Positions 1 through 8,204 of a stretch of DNA of 43,170 nt are shown piece after piece; the stretch's first letter is position 1; each line of letters begins with the position of its first letter. The position numbers were made by a program, and so were the translations under genes. Where the stretch lies: the NCBI GenBank assembly GCA_031401935.1, contig JANNRY010000456.1, positions 1 to 43,170 of the forward strand, given 5' to 3'. This DNA comes from Betaproteobacteria bacterium. Lineage in GTDB: Bacteria > Pseudomonadota > Gammaproteobacteria > Burkholderiales > Usitatibacteraceae. The notes below the pieces were generated by a model. It was not told the DNA's origin, made no database searches, and was given only the letters and a program-made list of their open reading frames with translations.

Positions 1-373
1 TCGTGATTAGCACGCCATCGACCAATCCAGGTTTGGTTTTGCTTTCCATGAACGTGACGGTAGTGTTGTCCCGTAACATAAATGCATCCTTGCCGATCAC
101 AATTACCACCGTGCTGCCATTGCCGGTCGCAATTTTATCGCCGGGCTTGATCGGTGTGCCGACTTTGGCCGCAATGCCGTTCACCGTTGCACTGCCCGTC
201 AACGAATTCATCCCTTTGACGACTGGCACATCGCCTTTGGCCAACGCATCCTGTATCAAGCCCAACACACCAGCTGGACCGAGTAAGCCTAGTGCTGCGA
301 GTTGTTTCAATCGCGCGCGCCGGGCGGAGAGTGAAAGCGGGAGGGAAGTGGAGGTGGAGCGAATACTTCGCAT
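1..373 (-). CDS. partial CDS (N-terminal part; continues past left edge): exported FecR-domain-like protein with twin-arginine-type signal
   Basis: My own translation of the minus strand from the ATG at 371-373 gives MRSIRSTSTSLPLSLSARRARLKQLAALGLLGPAGVLGLIQDALAKGDVPVVKGMNSLTGSATVNGIAAKVGTPIKPGDKIATGNGSTVVIVIGKDAFMLRDNTTVTFMESKTKPGLVDGVLIT. It is open to the window edge, so it is absent from the ORF track. There is an RR-x-x-LK motif, a hydrophobic core and ALA. The GDxIxTGxxSxxxIxxxD pattern resembles FecR domains. Confidence 0.5.
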   Translation of the reverse strand, partial: MRSIRSTSTSLPLSLSARRARLKQLAALGLLGPAGVLGLIQDALAKGDVPVVKGMNSLTGSATVNGIAAKVGTPIKPGDKIATGNGSTVVIVIGKDAFMLRDNTTVTFMESKTKPGLVDGVLIT

Positions 374-439
374 CAAATTCTTTCAATTAAGTTGAGGCAC
401 AAAGATGCAATATCTTACTCTTGGCAACTGCCTTCGGAT

Positions 440-1153
440 TCACTTCTTGGTGAACACCAAATCCCAGACACCGTGGCCCTTGGCCAGCCCTTTGCGCTCA
501 AAGCTTGAGGAGCCGCGGTAGTCGGGACGTGTGGAAAATCCGTTGCGTGCGTCAGATGTATTGCGTAATGCTTGCTCTCCACTCAGCATTTCAAGCATGT
601 GGTGTGCGTATTCTTCCCAGTCGGTGGCCAGATGCACGTAACCACTTGCACTTAGTTTTTGCGCGAGTAGTTTTACGAAAGCAGGTTGAATCAGGCGGCG
701 TTTGTGGTGACGCTTTTTCGGCCATGGATCGGGGAAAAAAATATGAAAACCTGCCAGCGAACCATCCGCGATCATGTCGTTGAGCACCTCCACGGCATCG
801 TGCTGAATGATGCGCAGATTACCAATATTGTGTTCGCCAATCAGTTTCAGCAGCGCACCCACGCCCGGCGTGTGAACTTCGACGCCGATAAAATTTTTAT
901 CGGTTAGCGCTTGTGCGATCGCGGCGGTCGCTTCCCCCATACCGAAGCCGATCTCTATGATCAGCGGCGCGGGACGAGAAAAAATAGCCGCCGAATTTAA
1001 TGGCGCCGCGGCATTGAACGGCAGTAAAAACGCCGGGCCGAGTACATCAACGGCGCGCGTTTGCGCCGGTGACATGCGGCCTTGCCGCAGCACAAAACTG
1101 CGAATCGGTCGATGGGTGGTTGGCAGAGCGCCAGAGTTTGTTTCTTCTTCCAT
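440..1153 (-). CDS. trmB: tRNA (guanine-N7)-methyltransferase
   Basis: ORF 440..1285, trimmed to the ATG at 1151-1153 (MEEETNSG...). Carries the SAM-MTase motif IEIGFGMGE and the TrmB signature [16 protein letters not shown]. The longer version would overlap the divergent rlmI-like start. Confidence 0.9.
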   Translation of the reverse strand: MEEETNSGALPTTHRPIRSFVLRQGRMSPAQTRAVDVLGPAFLLPFNAAAPLNSAAIFSRPAPLIIEIGFGMGEATAAIAQALTDKNFIGVEVHTPGVGALLKLIGEHNIGNLRIIQHDAVEVLNDMIADGSLAGFHIFFPDPWPKKRHHKRRLIQPAFVKLLAQKLSASGYVHLATDWEEYAHHMLEMLSGEQALRNTSDARNGFSTRPDYRGSSSFERKGLAKGHGVWDLVFTKK

Positions 1154-1199
1154 GCGGAAATTATACGGTGCGCCCGTGACCGCTCGGTACAATGCAGGC

Positions 1200-2378
1200 A
1201 TGAAAAAATTGATTCTCAGAAGTGGCCGCGAAAAATCCCTGTTGCGTCGACATCCTTGGGTTTTTTCCGGTGCGGTCAATTCCATTGACGACGGTACCCA
1301 ATCCGGCGACGTCGTGCGCGTGCAGACTGAAGATGGACGCTTTCTTGCCTACGCGGCCTTCAGCGAGAAATCGCAAATCATCGCCCGTGTGCTGTCATTC
1401 GATGAACGCGACACCATTGATGAGGCGTTCTATCGGCAGCGGATCAGCACTGCAATTGCGCGGCGCACGCACCTTGGCATTCAAACCGATGCGATGCGTC
1501 TGTTTCACGCCGAATCGGATGGTGTGCCGGGGCTGATCGCGGATAAATATGGTGACGTGATCGTATTGCAGTTGCTCACGGCCGGCATCGATTCACAACG
1601 CGCGCTGTTGGCGAAGTTGCTCATGGAAGAATCCGGTGCCAAAACCATTTTTGAACGTTCGGACGCCGATGTGAGGGAACTCGAAGGGTTGCCTGCACGT
1701 ACTGGATTGATCGATGGTGAACCTTTGCCTGCCGAGACGGTGATTACCGAAAACGGTATGAAGATTGCCGTCGATATTGCGCATGGCCACAAGACCGGTT
1801 TCTATCTCGATCAACGCGACAATCGTGCGCTGACAAAGTCATGCTCCCGCAACGCCGATGTCCTGAATTGTTTCTGTTACACCGGCTCAATGAGTGTTGC
1901 GGCCCTCATGGGCGGTGCAAAGTCGGTTTTTTCGATCGATAGCTCGGCACCTTCGCTGCAAATGGCCGCACACAATCTGCAGCTCAATGATCAGGATGCC
2001 TCGCGTGCAGAGTGGCTGGATGCGGATGTGTTTCTCGCTTTGCGAAAATTGCGTGATCAAGCGAAGAGTTTTGATCTCATCATTCTCGATCCGCCAAAAT
2101 TTGCGCCGACCGCGCAACATGCAGAAAAAGCCGCGCGTGCGTACAAGGACATCAATCTGCTCGGCTTGAAATTGCTGCGACCGGGCGGTTATTTGATGAC
2201 TTTTTCGTGCTCCAGCGGGATTAGTGCCGATTTATTCCAGAAGATTGTGGCTGGTGCAGCTTTGGATGCTCACGTTGATGCGCAAATTGTGCAACGGCTG
2301 GGACCCGGCGCTGATCATCCGGTGGCGTTGCACTTTCCTGAGGGTGATTATTTGAAGGGCCTGTTGCTCAGGCGCTGA
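1200..2378 (+). CDS. rlmI: class I SAM-dependent 23S rRNA (cytosine-C5) methyltransferase, RlmI-like (PUA + MTase)
   Basis: ORF 957..2378, trimmed to the ATG at 1200 ([26 protein letters not shown], a typical RlmI N-terminus). Contains [13 protein letters not shown] and the ILDPPKFA motif. Length is 392 aa. Confidence 0.85.
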   Translation: MKKLILRSGREKSLLRRHPWVFSGAVNSIDDGTQSGDVVRVQTEDGRFLAYAAFSEKSQIIARVLSFDERDTIDEAFYRQRISTAIARRTHLGIQTDAMRLFHAESDGVPGLIADKYGDVIVLQLLTAGIDSQRALLAKLLMEESGAKTIFERSDADVRELEGLPARTGLIDGEPLPAETVITENGMKIAVDIAHGHKTGFYLDQRDNRALTKSCSRNADVLNCFCYTGSMSVAALMGGAKSVFSIDSSAPSLQMAAHNLQLNDQDASRAEWLDADVFLALRKLRDQAKSFDLIILDPPKFAPTAQHAEKAARAYKDINLLGLKLLRPGGYLMTFSCSSGISADLFQKIVAGAALDAHVDAQIVQRLGPGADHPVALHFPEGDYLKGLLLRR

Positions 2379-2393
2379 ACCTGAAATTGCCGT

Positions 2394-2422
2394 TTGACAG
2401 AACCTTGTGGCGGCCTTATCGT
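2394..2422 (+). promoter_or_regulatory. candidate sigma70 promoter for the beta-barrel gene
   Basis: TTGACA (2394-2399), a 17-nt spacer, then TATCGT (2417-2422), about 65 nt upstream of the ATG at 2486. Confidence 0.3.
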
Positions 2423-2485
2423 ATGCGTCAAGGGAACTTTTTGACGAATTGTCGGTAAAACGATAGGGTCTAAAAGGAATAAACC

Positions 2486-3136
2486 ATGAAAACAATAACA
2501 AGTATTTTGTGTGGCGCGGTTAGTGCAGCCACCACCGCCATTTTCGCAACGATCGGCATGCCAGCGCATGCCCAATACTATGGCGGCCTCTCCCTCAATG
2601 CCGTGAAGGGGACGCTGCCGGAAGACGTGAGCAACCTCCTGTTTCGGTCCCGCGTTTTCACGGTAGTCGACGGGCTGGAGAACGGCGCCACTGATCTCAA
2701 AGTGGGTTACCGTTTTTCATCGCATCTGGTGCCGCATTTCGCATTGGTCGGGCAGTATGCCGACACCAATCGATGGGGTGGCCAGCGCATGTCATTTGAC
2801 GGCGCGCGCGTAGCGCAGAAAACATCCTCCTACGGCCTTGATCTTGTCGGGTCGCTGCCAATTTTTGATCGGCTCTCGCTGACCGCAAACGCTGGCGTGG
2901 CACGTGTGCGTGCAGACACGGTGTTCGGCGGTGCGGTACCGATTGGATTACTCAGCAATAGCGATGGTCGCTACACAGCGGCGGGCCGAGTCGGCTTGGG
3001 TGTGCAATACGATTTCAGTCGTCGGCTCGGTTTCAGGTTCGGCGTGGAACGCTATCGCAACCTGAATGGAAACGCAACCAGCGGCGGCAATGTGGATGCC
3101 GATACGTTCTCCTTCGGCATGCGCATTCGGTTTTAG
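2486..3136 (+). CDS. small outer-membrane beta-barrel protein (OmpA-like/OmpW-like 8-strand barrel family)
   Basis: AAGGAA RBS 7 nt upstream. Signal peptide MKTITSILCGAVSAATTAIFATIGMPAHA|Q. Alternating amphipathic strands and a C-terminal ...FSFGMRIRF ending in an aromatic residue. Confidence 0.75.
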   Translation: MKTITSILCGAVSAATTAIFATIGMPAHAQYYGGLSLNAVKGTLPEDVSNLLFRSRVFTVVDGLENGATDLKVGYRFSSHLVPHFALVGQYADTNRWGGQRMSFDGARVAQKTSSYGLDLVGSLPIFDRLSLTANAGVARVRADTVFGGAVPIGLLSNSDGRYTAAGRVGLGVQYDFSRRLGFRFGVERYRNLNGNATSGGNVDADTFSFGMRIRF

Positions 3137-3166
3137 GGTTTTAGATTTTAGTCAGGCGCCGAAAAT

Positions 3167-3192
3167 AAAAGCCGCCAATCAAGGCGGCTTTT
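3167..3192. terminator. bidirectional rho-independent terminator between the convergent beta-barrel gene and thiG
   Basis: AAAAGCCGCC-aatcaa-GGCGGCTTTT: a GC stem flanked by an A-run and a T-run. Confidence 0.6.
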
Positions 3193-3997
3193 ATTTTGCT
3201 CCGATGAGGCCGCCGACCGGAGAGCTTGGCGTCGCCTGATAAATCTTCTTCGGCATGCGCCCAGCCAAAAATGCCTCGCGTCCTGCTTCCACAGCCTTCT
3301 TCATGGCGCTCGCCATCAATACCGGATGCACTGCCTTCGCAATCGCGGTATTCATCAGCACGCCATCACAGCCCAGCTCCATCGCAATGGCCGCGTCGGA
3401 CGCTGTGCCGATGCCCGCGTCCACCAACACCGGTATCTTGGCGCGGTCGATAATGATTTGCAGATTCCACGGATTCAATATGCCCATGCCCGAGCCGATC
3501 AACGATGCCAGCGGCATCACAGCAACGCAGCCAATTTCTTCAAGCATTTTGGCCTGTATCGGATCGTCCGAGCAATACACCATCACCTGAAACCCATCGG
3601 CCACCAGCTCTTTTGCGGCAATGATTGTTTCAGGCATGTTTGGAAAAAGCGTTGCATCGTCGCTCAGCACTTCCAGTTTTACCAGCGCATGCCCATCGAG
3701 AAGCTCGCGCGCGAGCCGCAATGTGCGCACCGCTTCCTGCGCGTTGTAGCAACCGGCGGTGTTGGGCAGGATGGTAAATTTTGACGGCGGCAATACCTCC
3801 AGCAGATTTGGCTCGTTCGGATGTTGGCCAATATTTACGCGGCGAATTGCTACCGTAATGATCTCGGCATTGGAAGCGTCAATAGCCGCGCGCGTCTCAG
3901 TGAAATCGCGATACTTACCTGTGCCAACCAATAAGCGCGACCGATACGCGCGGCCAGCGATGGTGAAGGTGTCGGCATCATTGTCGATGCTGGCCAC
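3191..3997 (-). CDS. thiG: thiazole synthase
   Basis: 268 aa with a GTG start. Shows [16 protein letters not shown] and other typical ThiG motifs. Overlaps the thiS stop by 1 nt. Confidence 0.95.
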   Translation of the reverse strand: MASIDNDADTFTIAGRAYRSRLLVGTGKYRDFTETRAAIDASNAEIITVAIRRVNIGQHPNEPNLLEVLPPSKFTILPNTAGCYNAQEAVRTLRLARELLDGHALVKLEVLSDDATLFPNMPETIIAAKELVADGFQVMVYCSDDPIQAKMLEEIGCVAVMPLASLIGSGMGILNPWNLQIIIDRAKIPVLVDAGIGTASDAAIAMELGCDGVLMNTAIAKAVHPVLMASAMKKAVEAGREAFLAGRMPKKIYQATPSSPVGGLIGAK

Positions 3998-4200
3998 TAG
4001 CCACCTCCAACTGCGACGACCACTTCAAGCTGGTCTCCATCGCGCAATGGCGTCGTCGCATGTCCGCTCTTGGGCACGATTTCGCCATTCAACTCCACCG
4101 CAAATCGTTTTCCTGCCAGCGACATGGTCGCCACCAATTGCGCGACATTGAGGTCAGGCGGAAATTGCTTTTGTTCACCGTTGATGTGAAGCGTTAACAT
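3997..4200 (-). CDS. thiS: sulfur carrier protein ThiS
   Basis: 67 aa with a ubiquitin-like fold pattern and a C-terminal ...VVAVGGG. Translationally coupled to thiG. Confidence 0.9.
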   Translation of the reverse strand: MLTLHINGEQKQFPPDLNVAQLVATMSLAGKRFAVELNGEIVPKSGHATTPLRDGDQLEVVVAVGGG

Positions 4201-4295
4201 GACTAATCAAAACTCCTGCTGCTGGTGGATTAGATACAGGCGAAAAGTGTAGCACGCAGACCAACCGCAACGATTGACGCAGAGAAAATCCGCCG

Positions 4296-4931
4296 ATGAA
4301 TGCCAACGCTTCCGCAAAACATGTTCCTGCCGCATTCGCTGCACTGATTGCGCTATGGATTGTGAGCCTGACTTGGTCGGGCTGGGCACCGTACGACCGC
4401 GCGACGTGGGGGCTGGAAGTGGCACCGTGTTTCGGTGCATTGGTGCTGATGTGGTGGACGCGCAAAACGTTCGAGCTCACCACGTTGCTGTATTGGTTGA
4501 TCGCGATTCACGGCCTCGTCTTGATTCTTGGCGGTGCCTACACTTATGCCCGTGTGCCGCTGGGTTTCTGGATGCAGGACTGGTTTGGCTTCACGAGAAA
4601 CAACTACGACAAGATCGGCCACTTTGCGCAAGGATTTATCCCCGCAATCGTCGCGCGCGAGGTGCTGGTACGCAAATTTTCGATCACTCGCCGTGGTGTG
4701 GTCGCGTTTTTGTGCATCTCGATTTGCCTCGGATTTTCTGCTTTTTATGAAATCATCGAATGGTGGAGCGCGCTGATCTTGGGGCAGGGCGCGGATGAAT
4801 TTCTGGGCACGCAGGGCGACTCGTGGGATACGCAATCGGATATGTTTTGGGCACTCATCGGTGCCACCTGCGCATTGCTGACGTTGTCGCACTGGCACGA
4901 CAGACAAATGAAGGCAATTACATCTGTTTAA
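4296..4931 (+). CDS. inner-membrane protein, DUF2238/YjdF-like
   Basis: 211 aa with multiple TM helices. The motif RNNYDKIGHFAQGF matches my recollection of the DUF2238 family. Its 3' end overlaps the convergent response regulator by 14 nt. Confidence 0.7.
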   Translation: MNANASAKHVPAAFAALIALWIVSLTWSGWAPYDRATWGLEVAPCFGALVLMWWTRKTFELTTLLYWLIAIHGLVLILGGAYTYARVPLGFWMQDWFGFTRNNYDKIGHFAQGFIPAIVAREVLVRKFSITRRGVVAFLCISICLGFSAFYEIIEWWSALILGQGADEFLGTQGDSWDTQSDMFWALIGATCALLTLSHWHDRQMKAITSV

Positions 4932-5682
4932 ATAAGTGCGCGTAGGCACGGCTAACTTGCAACTCGGCTTTGCAGTCCTTGAGTTTCAATAAGGTCTTGC
5001 CCATTACATCGCGCGTCGTCGCTGCGACACAGTTCACGTTGACGATGGTCGAGCGGTGAATTTGCCAAAACTCATTTGGGTCGAGTTCGGCCTGTAGCTC
5101 TGCAAGTGGCGTGCGGATCAGCGATTCACCCGCTGAAGTGTAGACGCTGACATATTTGTCTTGCGCCTGAAAATAAAACACTTCATCGACAGGAATTTGC
5201 CGCACCGTTTCACCAACGGACGCGCGTATCCAGCGCAGATGCGTATTCTTGCTCGGTGGCAACGCGGCGGCCAGTTGTTTGAGAATGCCCGCGACATCGC
5301 CCGGCACTTCCGATTTTGAGACCTTTTCCTTGAGTCGAGCGATGGTGCGCGTCAGGCGATCGTCCGTCACGGGCTTCAACAAATAATCCGCCGCCTGCTG
5401 GTCAAACGCGTCGACCGCGTATTGATCGTACGCGGTGACAAATACGACATGGGTTTTGGCGTCCAGCCGCTTTGCCACTTCCAGCCCCGTCAGGCCGGGC
5501 ATGCGGATATCGAGAAAAACAATGGCGGGGCTTTCGTCATCGACCAGTCGCATCGCTTCAAGGCCATTCTTGGCAATGCTGACGATGCTGAGCTCCGGCC
5601 ATAGCGCGGTGAGCCGGTCATTGAGGTAGGTGGCGAGGTGTTGCTCGTCGTCGGCGATGATCGCGGTCAAGTTAGTTGTCAT
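4918..5682 (-). CDS. LytTR-family (LytR/AlgR-type) response regulator
   Basis: 254 aa. The receiver domain has ADDE...D in FLDIRMPGLTG and a K in LLKP. The C-terminal LytTR DNA-binding domain shows FWQIHRSTIVNV. Confidence 0.9.
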   Translation of the reverse strand: MTTNLTAIIADDEQHLATYLNDRLTALWPELSIVSIAKNGLEAMRLVDDESPAIVFLDIRMPGLTGLEVAKRLDAKTHVVFVTAYDQYAVDAFDQQAADYLLKPVTDDRLTRTIARLKEKVSKSEVPGDVAGILKQLAAALPPSKNTHLRWIRASVGETVRQIPVDEVFYFQAQDKYVSVYTSAGESLIRTPLAELQAELDPNEFWQIHRSTIVNVNCVAATTRDVMGKTLLKLKDCKAELQVSRAYAHLFKQM

Positions 5683-5704
5683 GCGGGCTCAATGTTGTAG
5701 TTTC
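5647..5704. repeat. direct repeat copy 1 (includes the real response-regulator start codon and first 12 codons)
   Basis: About 58 bp, roughly 86 percent identical to 5785-5842 at an exact 138-bp offset. Confidence 0.85.
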
Positions 5705-5784
5705 GATAATTACTCCCGCGCCCGCTACATCGGGCTTGGGCGCTCACAGGCGCGTCCCATGGGACGCGAATTCCCTGTTCACGT

Positions 5785-5842
5785 GTCGTCGGCGATGATT
5801 GCGGTCAGGTTAGTTGTCATAAGTGCTCAAAGTTGTTGTCTC
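5785..5842. repeat. direct repeat copy 2 (decoy copy of the regulator 5' end, immediately after the kinase stop)
   Basis: Encodes a 13-codon mini-ORF at 5779-5820 (minus), MTTNLTAIIADDT-stop. Its first 12 residues are identical to the regulator N-terminus. Confidence 0.85.
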
Positions 5843-5843
5843 A

Positions 5844-7028
5844 CTAATTTGCGCTGCACGGAATAGTCAGCACCACGCGTGTACCGCTCGGTTGATTTTC
5901 CTCAATTGAAACATGTCCAGCATTACCGTAAAGCTGTCCAACCCGCTCGCGCACATTCTTTAAACCGATACCGTTTGAAGGCTTGCTGCCAAACCCCATT
6001 CCGGTGTCGATCACCGAGATGCGCAATTGTTCGTTTGCAAGTTCAGCTTTGAGGCTGACGCTGCCGCCTTCCACCTTCGGTTCCAGCCCGTGTTTGATGG
6101 CGTTTTCGATTAGCGGTTGCAGCAGCATGGGGGGAATTGTCGCGCCGCGAAGTTCACCGGGCAGATCGATGCCAACCTGCAAACGATCTCCCATGCGAAT
6201 CTGCAGGATGGAGAGAAAATTTTTCATCATCTCAAATTCATGGCTGAGCGTGGTGCGTTCCTCACGCGTGGCGGCGAGTGTGGCACGCAGGTAGGCGATG
6301 AAATCTTCGAGCATGCGTTTCGCGTCGTCGGGCTTGGTGTGAATGAGGCTGGTGACATTTGCCAGCGTATTAAAAAGAAAATGTGGTTCGATCTGCGCCT
6401 GCAGTGCGCGCAGGTTGGCTTCAGCGGCGGTACGCTCGGCCGCTTCGGTGCGTTCACGCTCTTCGGCGATTGCAATTTGCGCATGCAATTCTTCAGCGCG
6501 GCGTTTCCAGACGGTGGTCAGCACCAACGAGATCACGATCGAAATCACGAAACTGGTAAAAAACTGTTCGCGCGTGCCGATCCAGTTCAGCATGCCGGTT
6601 CGACCAGTGACAAAAGCATAACCCCACATGGAGAGCGTCACGATGATTGTGCCGAGCGTCGCGTAGAACAGCGCGACAGCAACGAACGAGCGCGTGTTTA
6701 TGAACCGCATCAACGGCCCAAGCGTTGCGAACACAATCCAGAAAGCAAAGCCGATGACGTTGGAAATCATCGTGTTTTCGCTAAAGATTTCCGGGAGTTG
6801 AGCGAGCCCGATCCGCCTGTTGACGACGTATGCCATCAGCGTAAACGCGATGGCGAACATCATGTTGAAAATCAAGGTGTAGACGAGATTGCGTACAAAG
6901 CTGCGCGGCCAGCGACGAAAGAAACTGATCGCTTCCAGCGGATGAAAATGCTCCGACTCGGTGAGCTCCTTCAACTGCTGTTGTGCTTTCACACGCTGGG
7001 TTTGCGGCATGGCGGTGGTCGTATTCAT
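5844..7028 (-). CDS. LytS/YehU-type sensor histidine kinase (AlgZ/FimS-like architecture)
   Basis: 394 aa with about 4-5 N-terminal TM helices. H-box IEPHFLFNTLANV, N-box LLQPLIENAIKHG and G-box GIGLKNVRERV. Confidence 0.9.
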   Translation of the reverse strand: MNTTTAMPQTQRVKAQQQLKELTESEHFHPLEAISFFRRWPRSFVRNLVYTLIFNMMFAIAFTLMAYVVNRRIGLAQLPEIFSENTMISNVIGFAFWIVFATLGPLMRFINTRSFVAVALFYATLGTIIVTLSMWGYAFVTGRTGMLNWIGTREQFFTSFVISIVISLVLTTVWKRRAEELHAQIAIAEERERTEAAERTAAEANLRALQAQIEPHFLFNTLANVTSLIHTKPDDAKRMLEDFIAYLRATLAATREERTTLSHEFEMMKNFLSILQIRMGDRLQVGIDLPGELRGATIPPMLLQPLIENAIKHGLEPKVEGGSVSLKAELANEQLRISVIDTGMGFGSKPSNGIGLKNVRERVGQLYGNAGHVSIEENQPSGTRVVLTIPCSAN

Positions 7029-7070
7029 CGCAGGACTTTCAATATAGGCGAATCTGTTCGCCGATGCGAA

Positions 7071-7397
7071 TCAGGCAGCCTTGTTTACAAATGGCTTCAC
7101 TTCGGCCAACGCGCGCGTGACAGCATCAGGTTCGTCACGGCTCTTCCACCCGCGATATACGAAATAGCCGATCGCAGCGATACCAATGGTGGCAACGAGA
7201 GTCTTGATCGCGCGGGCCCAGACCATAATCAGACCAATACCCATGCCAAACACCACCCACTGCACCCACCAATTGCCGGGTGAGGTCATGTAGTTAATGA
7301 TGGCGCAAATGCTGACGACAAATATCATTTTGAATGGATAAGTGATGGCTTTGGTGATGTCGGTAACCGGAGCGGTGATAAAAGACAGTGGGTTCAT
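7071..7397 (-). CDS. small integral membrane protein (108 aa), first gene of the kinase/regulator module
   Basis: ORF 7071..7571, trimmed to the ATG at 7395-7397, which is preceded by GAAGGGAAAAACC. It has 2-3 predicted TM helices (MIFVVSICAIINY, WVVFGMGIGLIMVW, LVATIGIAAIGYFVY). Only 42 bp separate it from the kinase start. Confidence 0.6.
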   Translation of the reverse strand: MNPLSFITAPVTDITKAITYPFKMIFVVSICAIINYMTSPGNWWVQWVVFGMGIGLIMVWARAIKTLVATIGIAAIGYFVYRGWKSRDEPDAVTRALAEVKPFVNKAA

Positions 7398-7649
7398 GGT
7401 TTTTCCCTTCGGGTTGGTTGGTTCGTCAAACTGTGATGCGAGTCTGGGGCTTTGTGGCGCACACAGAGGCGCATTGCGACCGATGGCGTCAGTAGCGGCG
7501 CGAATTGCTTTGGGGCGGCGCGAACTGTGGGCGAAAACCACTGACAAGAATCCGCATTGCGCCACTTGCAAACCCTAGCAAGGATGGGGTGTTTGGGGCA
7601 TATTTGCTTGTAGAGCCTCGCCAATGCTTGTGTTTGCTGAAATACACGT

Positions 7650-7682
7650 TAAAAAGCCCAACTGAAGGATTTCGGTTGGGCT
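7650..7682 (-). terminator. rho-independent terminator downstream of the globin gene
   Basis: On the minus strand: AGCCCAAC-cgaaatccttca-GTTGGGCT followed by TTTTT. Confidence 0.6.
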
Positions 7683-7713
7683 GATTATCTGCGCCGCAGG
7701 CAACGCAAAGACG

Positions 7714-8175
7714 CTACTTAGTGATGATGTCCCGATGCATCGGCGCCAGCACGGCCAGCAGTTTGTTTTGGGCGCGGAACGGCACGTTATTCTTGTCCAT
7801 CGCGAATTGCAGTTGTTCGACCAGCGCGTTGAAATTCTCGCGGTTGATACCAGCTTCGGCGTGGATCGGTTTCATTTTCGCGCCCTTGTACTCGCACGGC
7901 CCATTGAGAATGAAGCAGAACTGATCGACAAGCTGTTGCTTGACGCGCCCTTGGTCGGCGTTTTCGAAAAATGTCTTTGTGCGCGGGTCTTTGAGCAGGT
8001 TGGCCATGAAATCATCCATGATGACCACCAGCCCGGCCTTCTCGCCGAATTCTTTAAAAATGCCAGCGTCGTTGCTAATCTTCACGCCCTCTTGGGCGTG
8101 CACGCTGGTTGTTAGCACGGCACCGCTCAATACGATGCCAAGTGCCGTGAATAGAAATCCTAATTTCTGTCGCAT
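7714..8175 (-). CDS. group-1 truncated hemoglobin (trHbN-like) with N-terminal signal peptide
   Basis: 153 aa. Signal MRQKLGFLFTALGIVLSGAVLTTSVHA|QEG. The globin core aligns by eye with trHbN: DDFMANLL (B helix), FF, QLVDQF, LNGP..Y.G..MKPIHAEAGI (proximal His). Confidence 0.85.
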   Translation of the reverse strand: MRQKLGFLFTALGIVLSGAVLTTSVHAQEGVKISNDAGIFKEFGEKAGLVVIMDDFMANLLKDPRTKTFFENADQGRVKQQLVDQFCFILNGPCEYKGAKMKPIHAEAGINRENFNALVEQLQFAMDKNNVPFRAQNKLLAVLAPMHRDIITK

Positions 8176-8204
8176 GTTTGTTCTCCGATGAATGAGTTAG
8201 AAGT

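Noticed and set aside
3-395. 130-aa plus-strand ORF at the left edge
   Set aside because: The opposite strand gives a much more protein-like product: a Tat-type signal plus a FecR-like domain, starting at the ATG at 371-373. The plus-frame product is low-complexity (Pro/Thr/Leu/Ser).
4201-4295. Expected TPP (THI-box) riboswitch upstream of thiS-thiG
   Set aside because: I read the minus-strand leader and found no CUGAGA / ACCUGAUCUGGAUAAUGCCAGCG-like core. The 95-bp gap is also shared with the divergent DUF2238 gene. Control is probably elsewhere or absent. A covariance-model scan would settle it.
6117-7283. 388-aa plus-strand ORF, one of the longest in the track
   Set aside because: It is entirely antisense to the histidine kinase and small membrane protein genes, both of which have unmistakable motifs. 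It is Arg/His/Gly-rich and low-complexity, has no RBS, and is a typical shadow ORF of a moderately GC-rich genome.
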